From contig JBKAGE010000022.1 of assembly GCA_046290225.1 (NCBI GenBank), forward strand, positions 1 to 10,959: DNA of 10,959 nt, read 5' to 3'. Under the pieces are notes generated by a model, which saw only the letters and a program-made list of their open reading frames with translations, was not told the DNA's origin and searched no databases. Each line of letters starts with the position of its first letter. The first letter of the stretch is position 1. Positions 7,457-10,959 of the stretch are shown here, piece by piece. Both the position numbers and the translations under genes were made by a program. This stretch comes from Bradymonadia bacterium (lineage in GTDB: Bacteria; Myxococcota_A; Bradymonadia; UBA7976; UBA1532).

Positions 7457-7996
7457 ATGAATCGACTCATGTGGGCATGCGCGAGCCTCTGCGCGTTGAT
7501 GCTGGTGCCTGGCGTCGGCCTGGCCAAAAAGAAGGCCAATCCGGTCAAAGTCTGGGTCAAGCACTGTGCCGGCGACTCGGACAAGATCAGGATCGACGGT
7601 TACAACGGCCGTGACGGCGCCCGAATCACCGAGACGTCGTCCGACAAGATCAAGAAGAAGGGCGGCACCGCGCGGCTCACGTGTCGTGGTCAGGGCAAGG
7701 GCCTCTGCTGGCTGCGCGTGCACGTCACTGCCTGGAACGGCGACACCGCCAAGGTCATGAAGAAGCTGCGCAAGGGCAAGTGGCTGCGCATCAAGACCAA
7801 GCACGACGCCGCGAACCATCGCCTGAAGATCATCGCTGAGCGCTACGACTCCGAGCCAGGCTGCGTCGACCGGCCCAGCCCCGATCCCGGCGGCGGCCCC
7901 GCTGGTGGCGGTAACAACAATGGCTCTGGGTCCGGGGGTCCTGCTGGGGGCGGCAACAACAACTCTGGCTCTGGGACCGGCGGCCGGCCCTTCTGA
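7457..7996 (+). CDS. Secreted Lys/Arg-rich hypothetical protein with a Gly/Asn-rich repeat tail
   Basis: SD GGAGGGAG before ATG 7457, Sec-type signal MNRLMWACASLCALMLVPGVGLA, GC-rich third codon positions, four Cys in the mature part; 179 aa. Confidence 0.8.
   Translation: MNRLMWACASLCALMLVPGVGLAKKKANPVKVWVKHCAGDSDKIRIDGYNGRDGARITETSSDKIKKKGGTARLTCRGQGKGLCWLRVHVTAWNGDTAKVMKKLRKGKWLRIKTKHDAANHRLKIIAERYDSEPGCVDRPSPDPGGGPAGGGNNNGSGSGGPAGGGNNNSGSGTGGRPF
7892..7978 (+). repeat. Coding tandem duplication GGPAGGGNNN(S)GSG[ST] x2
   Basis: 7892-7933 encodes GGPAGGGNNNGSGS and 7934-7978 encodes GGPAGGGNNNSGSGT. The units differ mostly at synonymous positions. Confidence 0.85.
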
Positions 7997-8026
7997 CGAC
8001 GCCACCCGCTCACCACGCCCACCCTC

Positions 8027-8854
8027 TCAAGTCATCTCTGCACCCCACCCCTGTTGGCAAATGGCGCGCGTCTCGTCGTCGAGCGGAAAGTAGCTCTCGA
8101 TTTGCAGTTCCTCGAGGGTGATGTTCTGGGGCGCCGCGAATCGAGTCACCGTGGTCAGGAACGCCATCTCCACATCATCGCGACGAAAACGCAGATTGAA
8201 GGCTGCCCCGCTGGGCTGCCCGAAGTCCGGGTGACGGAAGCTCTCGGGCACGTCGGGGAAAGCCAGCAAGCGCTCGATGAGGGCCCGCACCTCGTCATCG
8301 TCGGGCCGCCGGAGCGCGTCGCGATGCAATCGGGTCATCAGCGCCCGACCCATCTTCTGCCAATCAGCGACAAAAGGCCGAACCATCTCAGGGTCGAAGA
8401 GGATCTCGACCACGTTGGGCCGAGGCCCCAAGCGCTCGGGGTTGGGCAGAAACCTGCTGATCAGCCGCAGAGCCCCTGCATTGGCCCGGAGCATGTTGTA
8501 GTGCCGATCCATGGCGATCATCGGGAACGGCTCGTGGTGCGCCATCATGCGCTCGACGGCCTCACCGATGGGCCCCGAGAGCACCTCATCGATGCTGGGC
8601 TCGGCATAGGCGATCTCGAAGCCCGCAGCCTGCAACAGCGCATTCCGGGCCCGCAGGGGCACATCGAGGGCCTCGCACACCGTGAAGACCATGTCTTCGC
8701 TGGGCTTCGCCCGACCTGTCTCCATGAAGCTGACGTGGCGCGCCGAGATGCCCGCAGTGAGGGCGAGATCGAGCTGGCTCACCCCACGCTGGCCGCGCCA
8801 GTACTTCAACAACGCCGGAAACAGCCCGGCCCCTCGCGTCTTGTCTTGTGTCAT
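8027..8854 (-). CDS. XRE-family HTH transcriptional regulator with an MmyB-like PAS ligand-binding domain
   Basis: LKYWRGQRGVSQLDLALTAGISARHVSFMETGRAKPS (HTH_XRE), LDVPLRARNALLQAAGF, HEPFPMIAMDRHYNMLRAN and TLEELQIESYFPLD. Start ATG 8854; 8860 and 8890 are alternatives. Confidence 0.9.
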   Translation of the reverse strand: MTQDKTRGAGLFPALLKYWRGQRGVSQLDLALTAGISARHVSFMETGRAKPSEDMVFTVCEALDVPLRARNALLQAAGFEIAYAEPSIDEVLSGPIGEAVERMMAHHEPFPMIAMDRHYNMLRANAGALRLISRFLPNPERLGPRPNVVEILFDPEMVRPFVADWQKMGRALMTRLHRDALRRPDDDEVRALIERLLAFPDVPESFRHPDFGQPSGAAFNLRFRRDDVEMAFLTTVTRFAAPQNITLEELQIESYFPLDDETRAICQQGWGAEMT

Positions 8855-8890
8855 ACACATCAGTCTATCCCGCAGTGGTGATGACGGCAC

Positions 8891-8914
8891 TTACCTCCTC
8901 AGGTCATTGAGGTA
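8891..8914. promoter_or_regulatory. Candidate operator dyad between the XRE regulator and the hydrolase
   Basis: TTACCT-CCTC-AGGTCA (8891-8906) is an imperfect palindrome, overlapping TACCTC-N11-GAGGTA (8892-8914), in the divergent intergenic region. Confidence 0.45.
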
Positions 8915-8965
8915 CGTCGCGCTTCAGGCCACCCTGCGATCAGTCACCACATGAGAGGCGATGCC

Positions 8966-9844
8966 ATGACCACCCTGTTCGACCAGACCCCCCACGAGAT
9001 GATCGACGTCGGCCACAGTCAAGTGTCGTACTGGCGCTCGGGCGCGGGCCCTGATCTCTTCTTTGTGCACGGCTGGCCTCTGCACGCGGCCACTTTCAGA
9101 CACCTCGAGCCGCTCTTGTCGCAGCACTTCACCTGCCACTTCATCGATCTGCCGGGCACGGGGCAGAGCAAGTGGGGCCGAAAGACGAAGGCGGGCTTCG
9201 CGGCCCACGCCGAGACTGTAGAGAAGGTGGTGGATCACCTGAACCTCGACCGCTTCGCCATGCTGGGCTTCGACAGCGGAGCAGCCATCGCCCGGGTGGT
9301 GGCCGCCAAACGTAAAGATCAGGTGACGGGTCTGGTCATGGGCAACACCGAGATCCCGGATCACGTGCCCTTTCTGCTGAAGATGCTGGTGGGGCTGAGC
9401 AAAATGCCCGGCGGTAAAGGCGCCCTGCGCACAACCCTCAAGTACCGCTGGATGCGCCGCTCGAAGATGGGCTTCGGGGGCTGCTTCAAAGATGTGGACT
9501 TCATCGATGGTGACTTCACGGATCGCTTCGTGACGCCTCTGCTCACCGATGATCGCGTGTACCTGGGCCAGCTCCTGCTGGCGGGCGGCTTGAACGACGG
9601 GGTGCTCGGCCGGCTTGAGCAGATTCACTCGGAGATGACGGCTCCGGTGCTGATGCTCTGGGGCAACGCCGATCCCTGGTTCCCGCTGAAGCTCGCACGC
9701 GGGATGATGTCGCAGTTCCCCGGCGGGGCGGAGCTGGTGGAGTTCGAAGGCGGAAAGCTCTTCGTGCACGAGGAGTTCGCAGACACCTTTGCTGAGCACA
9801 CGGTGCAGTTTCTCTCGAAACGCTTCGAGACGGCGGCGGCCTGA
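8966..9844 (+). CDS. Alpha/beta fold hydrolase, epoxide hydrolase/haloalkane dehalogenase-like (Asp nucleophile)
   Basis: GAGPDLFFVHGWP oxyanion motif, IDLPGTGQS, nucleophile elbow GFDSG, PVLMLWGNADPWF and KLFVHEE. SD GAGAGG 7 nt before ATG 8966; 292 aa. Confidence 0.9.
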   Translation: MTTLFDQTPHEMIDVGHSQVSYWRSGAGPDLFFVHGWPLHAATFRHLEPLLSQHFTCHFIDLPGTGQSKWGRKTKAGFAAHAETVEKVVDHLNLDRFAMLGFDSGAAIARVVAAKRKDQVTGLVMGNTEIPDHVPFLLKMLVGLSKMPGGKGALRTTLKYRWMRRSKMGFGGCFKDVDFIDGDFTDRFVTPLLTDDRVYLGQLLLAGGLNDGVLGRLEQIHSEMTAPVLMLWGNADPWFPLKLARGMMSQFPGGAELVEFEGGKLFVHEEFADTFAEHTVQFLSKRFETAAA

Positions 9845-9846
9845 GG

Positions 9847-9875
9847 TTGATCTTGCCCGACGAGCCCTCTAGAAT
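9847..9875 (+). promoter_or_regulatory. Putative sigma70 promoter of tRNA-Ala copy 2
   Basis: TTGATC (9847-9852), 17-nt spacer, TAGAAT (9870-9875), then a GC-rich discriminator GCGCGC typical of stable-RNA promoters. Confidence 0.75.
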
Positions 9876-9903
9876 GCGCGCTGCTCGTCGAGAGCACCCA
9901 TGT

Positions 9904-9976
9904 GGGGCTGTAGCTCAGTTGGGAGAGCACTAGAATCGCACTCTAGGGGTCAGGGGTTCAACTCCCCTCAGCTCCA
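9904..9976 (+). tRNA. tRNA-Ala (anticodon CGC), copy 2
   Basis: Identical to 3242-3314 at 73/73 positions. Followed by CTG, so CCA is not encoded. Confidence 0.98.
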
Positions 9977-9989
9977 CTGGGAAACCCTT

Positions 9990-10026
9990 CAAAACCCGCC
10001 GACCACCTCGGCGGGTTTTGTTTTTT
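9990..10026 (+). terminator. Intrinsic terminator after tRNA copy 2
   Basis: CAAAACCCGCCGA-CCACC-TCGGCGGGTTTTG is a perfect 13-bp stem, followed by TTTTTT. Confidence 0.92.
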
Positions 10027-10128
10027 CAGCCCGAAATCACTCGAACTCACAAAAAGAGACGGCCCAAAAAAAGAACATGTGCTCGATGGCGTAGGCACTG
10101 GTGAACCACACATCACAGGAGCTTCATC

Positions 10129-10656
10129 ATGCGCCGCATCATCGCCCTCGTCGCCCTCGCTGTCACCCTCCCCCTCGTCGCTCAGGCTGCACCGTCGAGC
10201 ACCCCCACCCTTGACCGCCTGGTGAACCACTTCGATCGCATGAGCCCGGAGCAGGTGGCCCGCAACATGAGACGCGTCAATGCCACAGGCCAGCTGAAGC
10301 TCCAGATTTACGGCGCCTTCGCAAACCTGCTCCACGCCAAGGCCTGTCAGGCGGATCAGACGATTCGTCTGCCCAACGGCTCCACCTGCTACCAGACGCT
10401 CATGGGTTGGCAGCAGACGATCCAATTGCTCGGTGGGAATCAGCAGGCGGCGATGCAGCACGCGCTCTACGAGCGAGGGCAGATGCAGGTGGCGCAGCAG
10501 TGTGCTCAGGGTAAATCGAGCGCGGCGAGCTGCAACGCCTACTACCAGGCGATGAGCAACATCAACCGCCAGCAGCACGAGACGTCGATGCGCATCATCC
10601 ACAACATGGATCCCTACAGTTGCACGCTCGGGGAGTACGGCTGCGTGCCGCGCTGA
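10129..10656 (+). CDS. Secreted hypothetical protein, Gln-rich with six Cys
   Basis: SD AGGAG at 10117-10121, signal peptide MRRIIALVALAVTLPLVAQA with an A-x-A cleavage site, GC-rich third codon positions; 175 aa. Confidence 0.82.
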   Translation: MRRIIALVALAVTLPLVAQAAPSSTPTLDRLVNHFDRMSPEQVARNMRRVNATGQLKLQIYGAFANLLHAKACQADQTIRLPNGSTCYQTLMGWQQTIQLLGGNQQAAMQHALYERGQMQVAQQCAQGKSSAASCNAYYQAMSNINRQQHETSMRIIHNMDPYSCTLGEYGCVPR

Positions 10657-10666
10657 GAACACCTGT

Positions 10667-10697
10667 TCGTACTCTGCAATCCGATTGCAGAGTGCGA
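10667..10697. repeat. Near-perfect 31-bp palindrome
   Basis: TCGT-ACTCTGCAATC-C-GATTGCAGAGT-GCGA has perfect 11-bp arms around a 1-nt centre, extended by four pairs including one G:T. Confidence 0.85.
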
Positions 10698-10711
10698 TGA
10701 CTTCGAAACAC

Positions 10712-10740
10712 AAAAGCCCCCTCATTTCGAGGGGGGCTTT
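10712..10740. terminator. Probable bidirectional intrinsic terminator between convergent genes
   Basis: AAAAGCCCCCTC-ATTTC-GAGGGGGGCTTT is a GC-rich stem with an A run on the left and a T run on the right. Confidence 0.75.
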
Positions 10741-10775
10741 CAGGTGTCGAGCCTTCAGCGACTCAGGCGTTCAAC

Positions 10776-10958
10776 TCAGAGGCTGCCGACGGGGATGCCG
10801 CTGCAGACGTTGGCCTCGTGGGAGGTCTGGGTGGGGTTCTGAGAAACGAACTGGCAGGCGCCGACGATGGTGTCGTTCATGCTCTGGACGCCGGCGGCGA
10901 AGGTGGCGTCACGGCCGACGGTGTTGTCCTTGCCGAGGGTGACGTCGGCCTGGAGGGT
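10776..10958 (-). CDS. C-terminal 60 aa of a gene entering from the right edge; hexapeptide-repeat (left-handed beta-helix)-like
   Basis: Manual translation ...TLQADVTLGKDNTVGRDATFAAGVQSMNDTIVGACQFVSQNPTQTSHEANVCSGIPVGSL* with TGA at 10778-10776. Nearly all codons end in C or G. Not in the ORF track because the start is outside the window. Confidence 0.75.
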   Translation of the reverse strand, partial: TLQADVTLGKDNTVGRDATFAAGVQSMNDTIVGACQFVSQNPTQTSHEANVCSGIPVGSL

Positions 10959-10959
10959 G

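Noticed and set aside
3315..9903. Prophage, ICE or classical integrase island
   Set aside because: No integrase, phage, conjugation or transposase genes, and no compositional shift obvious by eye. Only the tRNA direct repeat is kept as a finding.

Overview
High-GC bacterial chromosomal window; gene style suggests Myxococcota/Deltaproteobacteria, which is inference only. Left to right: a 214-bp intergenic region with a foldable three-way-junction sequence and a 20-bp tandem repeat; a dppB/dppC-type ABC permease pair (- strand); a ParB/Srx-like hypothetical gene; tRNA-Ala(CGC); two convergent LysR regulators; a lipoprotein GH13 alpha-amylase with a C-terminal CBM20; a basic secreted protein with a Gly/Asn repeat tail; an XRE/MmyB-like regulator divergent from an alpha/beta hydrolase that seems to lack the canonical catalytic His; a second, identical tRNA-Ala(CGC); a Cys/Gln-rich secreted protein; and the 3' end of a hexapeptide-repeat-like gene missed by the ORF track. 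The most notable structure is the pair of complete, identical tRNA-Ala(CGC) genes 6662 bp apart, each with its own TTGATC-17-TAnnnT promoter and intrinsic terminator, bracketing a six-gene block with no integrase. No CRISPR array, transposase, integrase or reverse transcriptase was seen.
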